A DNA stretch of 64,000 nt from Octopus sinensis (lineage: Eukaryota), in the NCBI RefSeq assembly GCF_006345805.1, contig NC_043000.1:93620001-93684000 (forward strand), read 5' to 3'. This document shows positions 50,881-64,000 of the stretch, one piece after another (position 1 is the stretch's first letter; each line of letters opens with the position of its first letter). Below the pieces are notes generated by a model. It was not told the DNA's origin and did not search any database. It worked only from the letters and a program-made list of their open reading frames with translations. Both the position numbers and the translations under genes were made by a program.

Positions 50881-52479
50881 GCTGTTATTGTCACTATTGT
50901 CATTCTTAATGTTCCTTAAAACGTAATCTCATGTCATTACCAACTTCAGAATATCTCTTGAAGAATTCCGCTGCAGTAATTACTTTTGTCCTTTCGCTGC
51001 TTATTCCTTTCAACAACGTATTTGATATCGACTATATCTGAAGTGTCGAAGGTAAACAATGTCCGTTAGATTTACATGAGACAACGGTGACGGCCGAGAT
51101 GATATTAATGGGTGTTACTGCACCAACATATAACATATATTCTAACAGTGGCATATTTGCCAAATTACACTTATGATCTTCCACAGAATTTATTTGTGCG
51201 CTCTAAGTTCTTTCCTTTCCCTCCTTCTGTTTGCGAATAAGTGCACCGTAAAGCCAGTAAGGCAGTGAGGGCGGACAAGAGAAGTGTGGGAACTGTAAAT
51301 GGATCAAGTCTGAACAAATGAGATTAGTTCATGTCAGAACTGTTTCTTTGAGGCTCTTTTGCCTATCTGTTTCCATTATTCAGTAAGGACTCACACTGCT
51401 AATCACTTCACTTTTCGGGTTAGCAGTAGGCTGTTGTTGTAAATACCTCCACAGTCGCAAGAATGCATGTGCACACACACATTCACACACACACACATTC
51501 ACACACACACACACACATTGTGGTGCATATACAAAGACATTTTTCAAAAAAAGAAATTGTTTTAATTTGGTTGGAACAAAATTTTCAAATTCATTCTGTA
51601 ACTGCAATCCTCTCTCTCTCTCTATCTCTCTCTCTCTCACTCTCTCTTTCTCTTTCTTTCTCTCTTTCACTCCCTTTCTCTCTCTTACACGTGCACACAC
51701 ACACACTTAAAATATATTTCAAAGTTTGGTTGGACCAAGTTCTTCAAATTCATGATGTACCCTCAATTCCCTGCTTCTGTCTCTCCTTCTCAGTTGCTGG
51801 TTCTCTCTCTCCTTCTCTCTCAATCAACCAGTTCTCTCTCTCCCCCTCTCACTTGCTAGTTTTCTCTCTCTTCTCATATTCTTACCCCATCCAACCTCCT
51901 ACCTATGCCACTGTACCATCAACGGTTTCATCAACAGTTTCAACTTAACATACCCGAGAAATTGTAAAACTCTCTCAAAACGCATGTTCAGTTCCAACCG
52001 CTGCCTGTATGTAGATTTTGAGCAATTCCAGATCTCCTAATACTCTAAAAAATGCTTGAAGGGTTGGCATCAGAAAAATTTTCAAGAAAAACCCATCTGT
52101 ATCAGATAATTTTGCAAAAGCTTGAATTTGCAGGCTCATCATACCCTAGCTGAAAACACCAGAAAATAGATCAATATGAAGTATAAGTATATATACATAT
52201 AAGCACACACACATGCATATATATGCTATGATATATATTTATATATCAGGGTATAAATTATTAATTTTGTTATTTCCAAACTTCATGCTTTGTTTCCTTT
52301 GGCCGTTCTCATTGGTGTTTTTATTGTTGAATCTGTTGTTATTCAATGCCAGATCTGACCTGACTGAACAGATTTACAATCAAAAGCTTTCCAGCCATGA
52401 CCATTTCATCCTGTTTTTACGAATAGTGTATCTAAGACTACTTTATTTAATGAGCTCTTCCTATTTTTTTCTAATTATG

Positions 52480-52710
52480 AATTGTAGCAAATCAACAGAA
52501 TTGGAAGAGCATCAAACAAAATGCTTTGTGGCATTTCTTCCTGCTCTTTAAATTCTGAGTTCAAATTCCACTGGGGTCAACTTTGCCTTTCATCTCTTTT
52601 GAGGTTGAAGAAATAAGTACCAGTTGAGCACTGCGGTCAATATAATCAACTTGTCTGCTCCCTCAAAATTTCAGGTCTTGTACCTATAATAGAAAGCATT
52701 ATTATTATTA
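52480..52710 (+). mobile_element. SINE family C
   Basis: ttctgagttcaaattccactggggtcaactttgcc; (ATT)n tail. Confidence 0.75.
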
Positions 52711-52717
52711 TTATTAT

Positions 52718-53268
52718 TGAGTGAGAGAGCAGTGCATGCCATCAAAGTGACACTGTTAAAATGTACGAAGCTCAGTGTACTTATCATGACTACTCGTTTG
52801 ATAAGGGCACATCAGGCACATGCATTACAACCATATGTGCACAACATAATGGTCTCATATCAAGATAAACAGTGCATGACCTTGCAGGTGGGGCCCACTT
52901 AGAATTCAGGTCGAGTAGTCCATCCCACTCAAAAGGTCTCTGAATAAGGGTTGTTTAAGGATGTTGAACGAACCACCCATGTTTCCAGAGATGAATTATT
53001 CAAATCCCAAAGAATCCCCCTCAACACATGGCTATGATGCTCCCCCACTACTTCTGCTCCTGATCAGAGATGCACATATCGTCAACCACTAAGGGACATG
53101 CTCACCTGGTCATGGTCAAGAAACTGACAAGTAAATCTGTGGTATTGAGCAGAATATTTGCTGTAGCCTATCTTTTATACCAAGACAAAGCAATGTATGT
53201 GATAACACTTCCAATCAGTTAAGATAAGAAGCCATGAGAGCTACTGTCTGGTACTGCATTAGGGCATT
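52718..53268 (-). mobile_element. Family E repeat, full length
   Basis: Reverse complement of 25147-25683; flanked by (ATT)n. Confidence 0.8.
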
Positions 53269-53297
53269 TGATTATTATTATTATTATTATCATTATT

Positions 53298-53680
53298 AAA
53301 GTGGCAAGCTGGCAGAGTCGTTAGAATGATGGGCAAAATGCTTAGCGACATTTAGTCCATCATTACGTTCTGAGTTCAAATTCTGTTGAGGTTGACTTTG
53401 CCTTTCATCCTTTTGGGGTTGATAAATTAAGTACCAGTTGTGCACTGGGGCTGATGCATTTGACTTACTTCCTCCCCCAAAATTTCAGGCCTTGTGCTTT
53501 TAGTAGAAAGGATTATTATTATTATTATTGTTCTGAGTTCAAATTCTGCCTAGGTCGACTTTGCCTTTCATCCTATTGGGATCAGTAAAATAAGTACCAG
53601 TCGAGTACTGGGATCAATGTAATCAATTTGTCTGGTCTCCCAAATTTCAGGCCTTGTGCCTATAGCAGAAAGGATTACTA
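53298..53680 (+). mobile_element. Two tandem SINE family C copies (second 5'-truncated)
   Basis: gttctgagttcaaattctg at about 53368 and 53531, each ending in (ATT)n. Confidence 0.8.
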
Positions 53681-53689
53681 TTATTATTA

Positions 53690-53722
<33 letters not shown>

Positions 53723-53835
53723 AATGTTTGAGGTGGCTGGCTTTAGTATTCTGTCTTTAACTTAAAAACTAAATGTGTTTTAGTTGTGAAGTCAGCATAT
53801 GTTTGATTGCCCTCAAGAATTCTTTCTCTCCAACA

Positions 53836-53866
<31 letters not shown>

Positions 53867-54783
53867 CAACAACATACAACACACATTTTTCCCTCTGTTT
53901 CTCTTCTTTTCTGTCTCTCTCTCTCATTGTTTTTTTTACTTTTTATTTATTTAAATTATTCATGTGATATTTATTCTCTAGACATTTCATCATCATCATC
54001 ATCATCATTGGCATCATAGAATTTTTGAGAAATTAAAAAAAAAAGAAAAAAGAAAAGTAAAAAAGAATACCCAAAAGGAAATAAACAAAACTACTATGAG
54101 TTCCTGTTTGATAGTGTTGCATCATTATGTTAAATTCGATGAGTTGTGGATGATAGAACAGAAGGGAAACCGAGGTAGTTGACGAGTGGATGGTGATGGT
54201 TTAGTTGTTATGGGGTGGGGAGCAGGGTTATTCTATTGGCAGGACACAAGGAAGGAAGAAGAGTAAAACAATTTTGTTCATTTATTTTGTATATTGAAAA
54301 AAAAATATAATAAATTCTGGTTTTTTTTTTTAGTTTTTTTCCCCATTTCCCAGCATTCCTTTAATTATGGTTGGTCTTGTCTTTTCGATAGAGATTTCTG
54401 CATTCTTTGAAGATTGTTACACTTTGGTTTTCTCCACTGGTTATGTAGTTGTTGTTGTTGTTTATTTTGATTTTATTTGATTTTATTCATATATTTATTT
54501 ATTTATTTATTCTTAAATCTTAAAGTTGCATATGGTTCATGTATGATAGGGTGGCAGTGGGGGGCATTGGTTCGTTAGTGTTAATGACAGAAAGTGCTTG
54601 AGCATAATTTATATTTGGAGTTATAGCAGGGAAGTGCAGTGAGGAAGGGAGGTGGTTGGATTAATTAATATTAGCTTTATAATGAAATCATTGCAGGTTG
54701 GTTTGGGGTGGCGAATATTAACAGTATCTGGAATAATATGGCAACTAAGAATATGCATTTATTATTCTTGTAAATGTTTTCTG

Positions 54784-54818
<35 letters not shown>

Positions 54819-55056
54819 AACTTTTGAGATGAAACTTTCTTTTTAAACTTTTTGGAAATGGATAAAAGTTTGTTGTCAGTAATACATCAGTTGCATTTTG
54901 TGTTGAGAAACAGAAAAACCAGGTAAATGATAATAAAATAGCTGTTTGCACATACGATGCTCTGTAACTAATCTTTGTAAACAACATAAATATAATTTTC
55001 AAGTGTTTATAAAAATGGAAATATTTCTTCCCATCCATGTATACATTCTCCATTAA

Positions 55057-55278
55057 CCCTTTCATTACCGTATTTATTTTGAGATGCTCTGTGTTTCTTT
55101 CAATTAATTTTAAATATAATAAAGAATTTAGTAAAATAACTTAGTTATCATTCAGCTAGTGTTAGGAACATAAATTGTGACTAAGGTTTGGTGGAAAATT
55201 TAAGATCAAATCTTAGGGAAACAAGACATTTGTACTACAGAGCCAGAAGCGTTTTCAGACGGGTTGGTATTGAAAGGG
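55057..55278. mobile_element. TTAA-flanked MITE, reverse copy of 29344-29562
   Basis: TTAA-CCCTTTCATTACC ... GGTATTGAAAGGG-CTAA. Confidence 0.8.
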
Positions 55279-56772
55279 CTAAAGTAGATAAAATTTCTGG
55301 AACTCTTTCTTGATGCACAGAACTGCATGAAATTAATTTGCTAATTCACTCTGCTGGATGGCTCAACAACATCCTCATAGTGGAATCTGAACTCAAGTTA
55401 AATAGGCTTGAAATTGAAATCATTTTACATCTTTCCTGTAGTGCAGGGTAGAATTTTTAGTAAACTAACTCTGCTGTTCAGTATTTTCATTCCTGGTTCA
55501 AAACTATTTTGGTTTCCTTGTTAATGCTATGGAGAAGTCTTTGGCATGACAATATTGTTTTCTTTACTTGTCTATGTGATATATGAATTTGATGTTAATG
55601 TTTAATATCAGGAATTCTTAGGGGATTCATTTCTAGATTTTAATGATAAATACTCCATCACAGAAGTACATGATGAAAATAAAATCCCTCAGTGTGGCCA
55701 CATAAATAACTAGAAAGAACAGCCAAATCTTCCACTTAAAAACAAAACAACAAATAGACATTGGATAGCATATTTCTTAGAGATAATGTCTGAATAGAAA
55801 TATAAAGTCAAGATGATTACAATTGGAATACCTTTCATCATGGACCTCATTGATTACAGCTGGTCATGGGCGGCAACATCATTTTAATTCTTTATGCCAC
55901 TAAACTAATCTTTTACTTAAAAAAAGACATATTACAAAATTATCCCTACTTGTGACTAGTGTTCTTTCAGAATCTTAATTTTTAATAACCTGTTGAAATT
56001 TTTTTGCATCAGGTGCTCAGTTCTGTAATGATTATGTTCAGGACAGAAAGGGAATGATAGAAGATGGGGTTACACTTTCCTCCTTTTCTTCAAAATGAAT
56101 GTAAACAAGGTTGGTATGACTCTAGTGATAGCTTACATTTCAAAAGTGGCTGACTGATGCAGTCCTATACAGTACTGTACTGGAATTTAAGAGTTAAAAT
56201 GTGTGAGATTTGTTGGTTAAAGCATGGTAGTTATTATAACTTGTCAGAAACAAGGGAAATATATTGTATAACGATAGACTAATGCAGTTTTCTCAGGAGA
56301 GGAAAGTAAAACTGAAGGCAAAAAAACAACCAAAACTACTATATACTACCTTGCATGTTTCCACCCTGTATGACTTATAGACTTGCAACAGAATGGAAAA
56401 TTTCTTGTGTTAAGAGAAGAACTGTTTACAAAATATGAGTAGGGACACAAGAATGTAGTTGTTGCTTTGCTTTACTTTTATACATCCCACTGGACCTTTG
56501 AGTAGTTGTGTGTGTGTAGTGTATGCTCATCATTAGTAGAATATCAGCTTCGTACGGTCTAATAATAATATTTTGTGAGTCATCTTTGAGAGAGAGAAAG
56601 AAAATTAATCTCTCTCTTCAGATATATATATATATATATATGAAGAAAGATATACATATATATACATGCATATATTATGTGTGTATGCCCAAATGTATTA
56701 TACCACAAAATAAAGAAAAACTAGAAAGCAATTTGTGTGTGTGTATATATAGATATATATATATATATATAT

Positions 56773-56817
<45 letters not shown>

Positions 56818-57441
56818 TGTATGTTAGAATATATGTACGTATATGTTTATACACATATGCACACTCATGTATACATACATATAGGGTAGCTCTCATTCCG
56901 CACCACCATCTTCCCTATGCTGATAAGGTCACCTAAATAACAGAACTTATCAACTACTAATTCTAGGAATCCATAACTCTAGACCGACCATAGCCTTTGG
57001 GATTGTTCTGTATGCATCACACACTTGCTAGTGTGCTTAAAGCATTGGTTCACAGTCAGTTGGCGTTGGTTTGAAAATAGCACAATATCTTCTTTTATTA
57101 GCAATGCACTTGATACATTGAATTTTTTTTTTTAATGTGTACCTATTTGTGTATATGAGTGTATGTATGTTTATATGTATTCATATATATATATCATGTG
57201 TGCATGTGTATGTTGCATTTTATACTAACGAGTATATAAGTGAATATTGCAAGTTTCTTTATAGACCTTTTTAGGTGTATGTGTGTAATCATATATATAC
57301 ATATATATGCATATTTTCACATATATATATATATGTGTGCATATATAAATGTGTGTGTTTGTATATATATATATATACATTTATATATATGCATATATAT
57401 GCATATATATATATGTGTGTGTGTGTGTGCATATATATGCA

Positions 57442-57468
57442 TTGAAGAAGAGCTTTACTCGAAACGTA
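57442..57468 (+). ncRNA. Hammerhead remnant
   Basis: TTGAAGA-A-GAG-cttta-CTC-GAAA-CG-TA. C3 is changed to T and the 5' stem I is lost in microsatellite; downstream sequence is loosely related to 37407-37460. Confidence 0.4.
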
Positions 57469-57575
57469 AAACCACCTTTCTCTCTTCCCCTGAGTGTCTG
57501 CTAATACTTTGCATGTACCATGTCCTCATGTTGTTGTTTTCTTGAGTTTGTTCTTCGTTTTTTGGGTTTTACTAC

Positions 57576-57606
<31 letters not shown>

Positions 57607-58440
57607 ATATATCTAAAAACAAATATATACGCATGTATTCATACATATATATATATATATATATATACAGATAGGTAGATATACATACATATATGTAAAT
57701 ATATATATGCATATATATAGACATATATATGCTTATATATACATGTATATATACATATATGTATATACATAAATGCATACATCATCATCATCTTCATACG
57801 CCTATTTCCCTTACTGGCATGGGTTGAACAATGAATACACGTATAAGTCACATAATCATATTTCTATGTATACATAGTAGAACTCCATTTTCATTAATAC
57901 ATATGTTGAGTCTGTATAGTGTACAAGAGAAAGGTACAAACAAACAGAAATATATATATCTACATATACCTGTTGTAATAAATCTGAGTGCTTGCTCTCT
58001 GTCTCTGTTTTTACTTTTCCATGATTTATTTCTATAAACTGTGGTGCTATTTTATTCTATCTGTAACAACTAAAGTATGTTGCTCATTATATATTCAACA
58101 TGTCTTTTTTCTTCATATGGCCTTAATTTTTGCCATTTCAAATTTTAAAAGTGAGTCCAATATGTATTGTGTAATTTTTCTATATTTGTAATTTTAAATA
58201 CATTTAATGCATGTATCCCTACTCTAGTACTCCGTCTCTATCTCAGTGTATATATATATAGATATATATGCATACATACATGTATACATATATACACATG
58301 TATATGTTGATATATATATATACATATGTATATATTGATATATATATATGTATTTATACATTTATATATGTATTTATGTATGTATATACATTCATACATA
58401 TATATGTCAATATCTATTTATCTATCTATCTATCTATCTA

Positions 58441-58504
<64 letters not shown>

Positions 58505-61500
58505 ACTATATATAAATACACACATGCACACACACACATATACACATATAGTTCATAATTTAAATTCTTCCATTTTAGAATTAGCATGTTAGATACATTA
58601 TCAAATTGTTTTATCCTTTCCACATTTTCATTTAGACAAAAGACCACTGTTGGAAATGTGAAACACTAAACCAATTTTCATGAAGGAAAATGTCAAGTTC
58701 TTTTTTTTTTTCAATGTTTTTTTTTGTTTATTTTTATTTAGAGTAGTTCTGGAATTTAGTAAAAAAAAAAGAAAATGAAAAACGTTGTGCAAAAAAAAAA
58801 AAAGAAATCCTAAACATTTCTATATTGTTTTCACATGCCTTTTTGTATTTCACCATCAGTAGGAAGATTTGGCTTTTGCAAATCTGTGCATTTATATATT
58901 GTTGGAGGTGGTGTTTTGTACTCTGGGATGCCCTTCTTATTGTTAACCACTTCACTAAGGAAAATAAGAGTTGCGGTTCTTGTTTAACCCTAGTTCATTT
59001 CTTTATTTCCTTATTGAGCAGGCCAGTGATCAAAAACAGTGGTCTGCTCAATGTTTTGCCTCATCACTATGTTGATTTCTTTCTTTGTCTATGTGATTCA
59101 GATGTTGCATTCATGATTGTAAGATTGCGGTTTCAATTTCCAAGCAGGGCGGTGAAGCATAATATATCTAAATGAAAGTTTGTGTAGCTTAAAGATTAGA
59201 GTGTTGAACTCACATTTGCAAGATTATGATTTCAATTCCCAAACAAGATGGTGAAGTATATCTAAGTGAAGGTGTGTGTAGTTTAGAGATTAGGGTTTTA
59301 AACTCATGATTGCATGATTATGGTTTCGATTTCCAGACCAGGCAGTACATTGTGTTCTCAAGCTAAAAATTTCATTTCATATTGCTCCAATCCACTCACC
59401 TCTATATCACTCTGTGACAGTCTGGCATCTTATTCAGGAGGAAAGTTGTGATCTTGGTCCTTATACACTATGGAATCTGGGTAACCAATCCTATGAGTCC
59501 TAGAACTCAAGACAGTTCTTTACTTTACTCATAGTATATTTAGGACTATATTATCTATTAAGTCTTTTTATTTTTCATTTTTAATAAGATGGTTGTGTGG
59601 ATTATGAGGGTGATTTACCAATTGTTTCTAGCAGGTGGTGAAACAACACGGAGACTACCTAGTTAAGTAAGAGCAGCAGGTGTAGAACCAGTTTATGCCA
59701 GTCATTAAAAATGAAGCAAATTGAAAAATATTAATTAAGCCATATCCTTATGCAAAATTATGACTGGAATAATATAAAGTTTGAAATCCTGATTACAAAA
59801 GATACAACTATTATACTTCAGCATAAAATATCTTACGAAGTTTTCAATGAAATATTTTTCAAGAAATTAAAGTGTCACAAATTATAAGCCCATCTACTTT
59901 AATCAGTCAAAATCTATAGCGTACATAGACTATGGCTATGCAGTAAAACTTAGCCATGCCATCCTAACTCTCCAAGACATAAGCCAACCCTAAGTTCTTT
60001 ACGCACTTCCTTTTCCTCCATTTCTTGGTGTTGTTGCACAACCAATTAGGTTCTTCCTGTTTGTATCCAAACAATTTTATTTTCTTTCATTTTTTCTTAT
60101 ATGATCATCTCATTTCATACATCTAAATATATTTATTAAATCTAAAAAAGGATATTTAAGAAAAACAAAGAAAATACACAACAACTTGTATTAGTCTCTG
60201 ATAAACTGTGTTTATTATTAAATATCGACTTCTTAGGTAGGTACTAAGCAAAAAGTAAACAGTTGATTTAGTGAAAGGGAATAATTAAATCACCATCAAG
60301 AAAATGACTCCTGTTTAATCTATTGACCACCACAGAAGAATGAAAAACAAAATTAACATTGGCCAGATTTTAACCTAGAAATGGGTAGGCGCGGGCATGG
60401 CTGTGTGGTTAGGGAGCTTGCTTCCTAGCTACATGGTTTCGAGTTCAGTCCCACCATGTGGCACTTTGGGTAAGAGTCTTCTGCTATAGCCCCGGGCTAA
60501 CCGAAGCCTAATTAGATACAGCTTTAAGAGGTCAAACACGGACACACCCTGAAGAGCAGATGCCATATGAGTTCCTTTTGTCTTCTTGAAATGACATCTC
60601 TTTCACTTGGTATCTACATTATAAACAGTCTTCACAGCAATCAATTTTTAAATTACTGCAAAACAAAGTATCTGCCAAATTTAAAGTATCTGTGTCCCCT
60701 AAAGTAGTTCTTGTAGACATACATTTAAAGCTCTTTCCCTAAGAAGATTATAAAATTGTAACTTTACTTTTCAAACTGCCGGAGATGCATTAGTTCTCAC
60801 TCAGCCAGTCAACAAACTGTCTCCTTGTGCTACATGCACATATCATTGCATAACTAAATTTTCTGTTAACTTTCTTTAAGCCTTTATTGATTCTAAATAA
60901 AGCTATCCTTAAAAAAAAAAAAAAAAAACACCATCACCTGTCAAAGAAATCAATTTATATTTATGGTTTTTATATCATTCACATTTGTTTATGCCAATAT
61001 TTGATACAGTATTTTCTACTTTGTATCTGCCACTCACAAACAGTGAGTAACATAAAAGTTTTAAGTTAAATTGAATCAACTCTAGAAATCAAATGAAAAT
61101 GAAGAAAATTTTCTTCTTTATATTTTTCATTTTTCAGTCTCGGTTATTGACTAAATTTATGAAGTCTGTAAATTTGCAGAAAGTTGTCTTTATTTATTCT
61201 TTATGCAGTCAGATTGTCCAAAGATGAAGCTTAAGTCCTTTAGAATTTAGGTGTCCCAAGAACTTTTGTAGATTAAATTAGATATACTTTACTTGTTGTT
61301 GGCCCGGGCCATGTCAAACTCAGTAGTACCACTTAAAGTTGTCTTTTAAGTCAGGTTTTAAGACATTACATCCCACTCAAGTTGATAGTCGTTGTTTGTC
61401 AAAACATTTCCAAGTGTTGGTGGTTTGTCTAGTAGTTCCTGGAAGAATTTATCCAGGTATTAGTTGAATGTTAATAGGGTTTTTTTCTCTATTGATTTCT

Positions 61501-61887
61501 CTCATAATAATGTTGAATAAGACAAAGGTGGCTGATGTGAAAAAAAAAAAGTTGTGTCACAATATTGCTATGTGATGTGAGATGGATTTTTTGTTGGGGG
61601 CTTATGGTTGTCGGGCAGACCAAATTTTGACTGACTTGTGAACTTAATACCAACATTGTTTGGACAATTTTAATACAATATTTTTCACATGGGGCAAATG
61701 ATGTGGTGGATTTTGAGAGAGTAGAATTTAAAACTTTTGAGATAATAACAATAGTTAAGGCCTGTCATGTCATTTATTCCTTTTCTTTTCTGTTTTGATA
61801 ATCTGGCTCTTGGGTTCTTCTTGTCATGTGTCATATTGCTTTGTGCTATGAGACCATAGTGAGCAGGAATATTCAGAATGAGATCTA

Positions 61888-62100
61888 AGGTAGCGAGCTG
61901 GCAGAACCATTAGTGTGTTGGGCAAAATGCTTAACAATATTTTGTCTGTCTTCACATTCTGAGATTAAATTCCACTGAGGTTGACTTTGCCTTTCATCCT
62001 TTTGTGGTCAATAAAATAAGTACCATTTAAGCACTGGGGTTGATGTAATTGACTTAGCCGTACTCTGAAATTGTTGACTTTTTGCCAAAAGTTAAAATCA
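61888..62100 (+). mobile_element. SINE family C
   Basis: aggtagcgagctggcagaacc ... gaggttgactttgcctttcatcc. Confidence 0.78.
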
Positions 62101-63480
62101 GTATTCAAAGTTAGATCTGACAAACATAGAGAAGAGAAAAATGATGGCATGAAGATCCTGGGCAAAAGTTTCCTAAGCATCTATGAGCACATGGTGCTGG
62201 CGATATCAACTTCAATGTTGAGCGCGATCCAGGTTAGGTTGTTGTCCTTAGCTGCACCTAAGTTTCCGATGCTACCAGAAACTCAACCTGGGGAAGACTT
62301 TTGTTACAAATGTAAACACATTGATGAGTTGGTAATAATTCTATACTGTTTGGTTTTCTACTAACAGGGCAGTCATTTTCTCAGGTTAAGATCAGCTTAT
62401 TTCTATAAGCAGGAACATTGCTTTTCCTTTGTCAATATATCTATCTTCATATATCTGTGTCTATCAAATATGTGTTCATTTGTATATCTGTACCTTTGAG
62501 AAAGTGATACACCAATTCTGTTTATAACTAAACAACTGAATAGCATTTAGCATTTTCAGAATGAACAATAATGTAAACAGTGCAGTAATATATTACCTAG
62601 ATATTGTTTTTTAATTCATTGATATATATATATGTATGTGTGTGTATGTGTTTATATATGTAGTTGTGTTTACATATATATATATAAGCATGTTGATATG
62701 TATGTATATAGGTACGTTTATATATAAATATATTTATGTGTGTGTGTGTATGTATATATATATATATTCTACCATTCCACCCCTATCTACTATAATCACT
62801 ATGATGATATATTTACATTTTTAAGACATTTTTTCTTCTTTTTTTTACCTTTTAGTATAAACTCCATAGAATTCTCTTTGATTCCACATCCTATTTCTGA
62901 CCTTACAACTTAACAGTTTTTTTTTACTCTGCCAGAAACAAAAGACAAAAAAAAAAAACACAAAAAAAAAATGCAAACAAACAATAGTAATGAAACATGT
63001 TCTCCTCTTCTACATTGCTAACACAACCTTTGTAAACCTGGAAGGACATAGCATGTCAGTGTGTTCTAAATTGTATATCATTACAGGGAAGCTCATTGAT
63101 GGTGAAAAACTAAAGCAAGTCATTTCTGTTTTATTTATTTACTTCTTTCTTTCTTCCTTTCTTTATATATTTATCTATTTCACTGCAGGGGTTTTTTTTG
63201 TTTGTTTTTTTTTTTTCCTAAATCTAGAAGATTGGGCTGAATTACTGACCAAAATCACCTTACATGGTCAATGGCTCATACCATATTGGCCTGCCTCAGA
63301 AAATGGCTTATTCCTTCTCCCTGGAATATAGCTCATCCAATAAGCAGAATTATTGGCCTTCCTTCTTGTTAACAAGACATCTGAAGCAAACTCTTAGTTA
63401 TCTAACTACTAACCCTGTGGGTACCATTATATATGTGTGTGTGTGTGTATATGCATGTGTATGTATATATATATACATAC

Positions 63481-63516
<36 letters not shown>

Positions 63517-63957
63517 GTATGTATATATACATATGTATATATATGTAGGTATATATATTTGTATACATATATGTATGTGTATACATATATGTATGTATAT
63601 ACATATGTATGTTTACATATGTCTAGGTATGTATGTGTATGTATATATATGTGTAAGTATATAAATATGTATATATATATGTGTGTGTATATATTTTATA
63701 TATATATGCATATATATGTATTTATGTATACATAATATTATACACATACATATATATACACATATATACATGCATACATTCGTACATAAATACATACATA
63801 CATAACATACATACATGCAATAGTATTTATGAGCAGTAGAACGTGTGCTCAATACGGGGGGTAAATTGCGAATGTGAAACCTCATATACAGATACGAATT
63901 CATACTGATCATTAATGAATAAATATTGTGTGTGTATATATATGTGTGTGTGTGTGT

Positions 63958-64000
<43 letters not shown>

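Overview
Repeat-saturated, AT-rich eukaryotic (animal) DNA. The SINE repertoire and microsatellite load look like a coleoid cephalopod, probably Octopus (inferred, not verified). The only protein-coding feature I can firmly support is one 204-nt exon of a MEF2 transcription factor gene (13963-14166, +), encoding the MADS core plus MEF2 domain, with canonical splice sites. I could not find the ATG exon (MGRKKIQI..RNRQ) or the next coding exon, so almost the whole window appears to be MEF2 intron (>13.9 kb upstream, about 50 kb downstream). These introns are filled with at least four SINE-like families, TTAA (piggyBac-type) MITEs, a decayed Tc1/mariner (maT-like) transposon, an RTE LINE fragment and many microsatellites. 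Nearly all listed ORFs are microsatellite or repeat artefacts. The most interesting signal is not in the ORF track: six minimal hammerhead-ribozyme motifs of the Penelope-like-element/retrozyme type. Two of them form a tandem pair in 339-bp direct repeats, next to an antisense copy that forms a 101-bp hairpin, all inside a 1.3-kb palindrome (42340-43649). Five motifs are sense to MEF2 and each carries a lesion at or near the catalytic core. Several repeat-free islands have promoter/enhancer-like motif clusters, and several close inverted repeat pairs could form dsRNA. All coordinates were read by eye; repeat boundaries are approximate.
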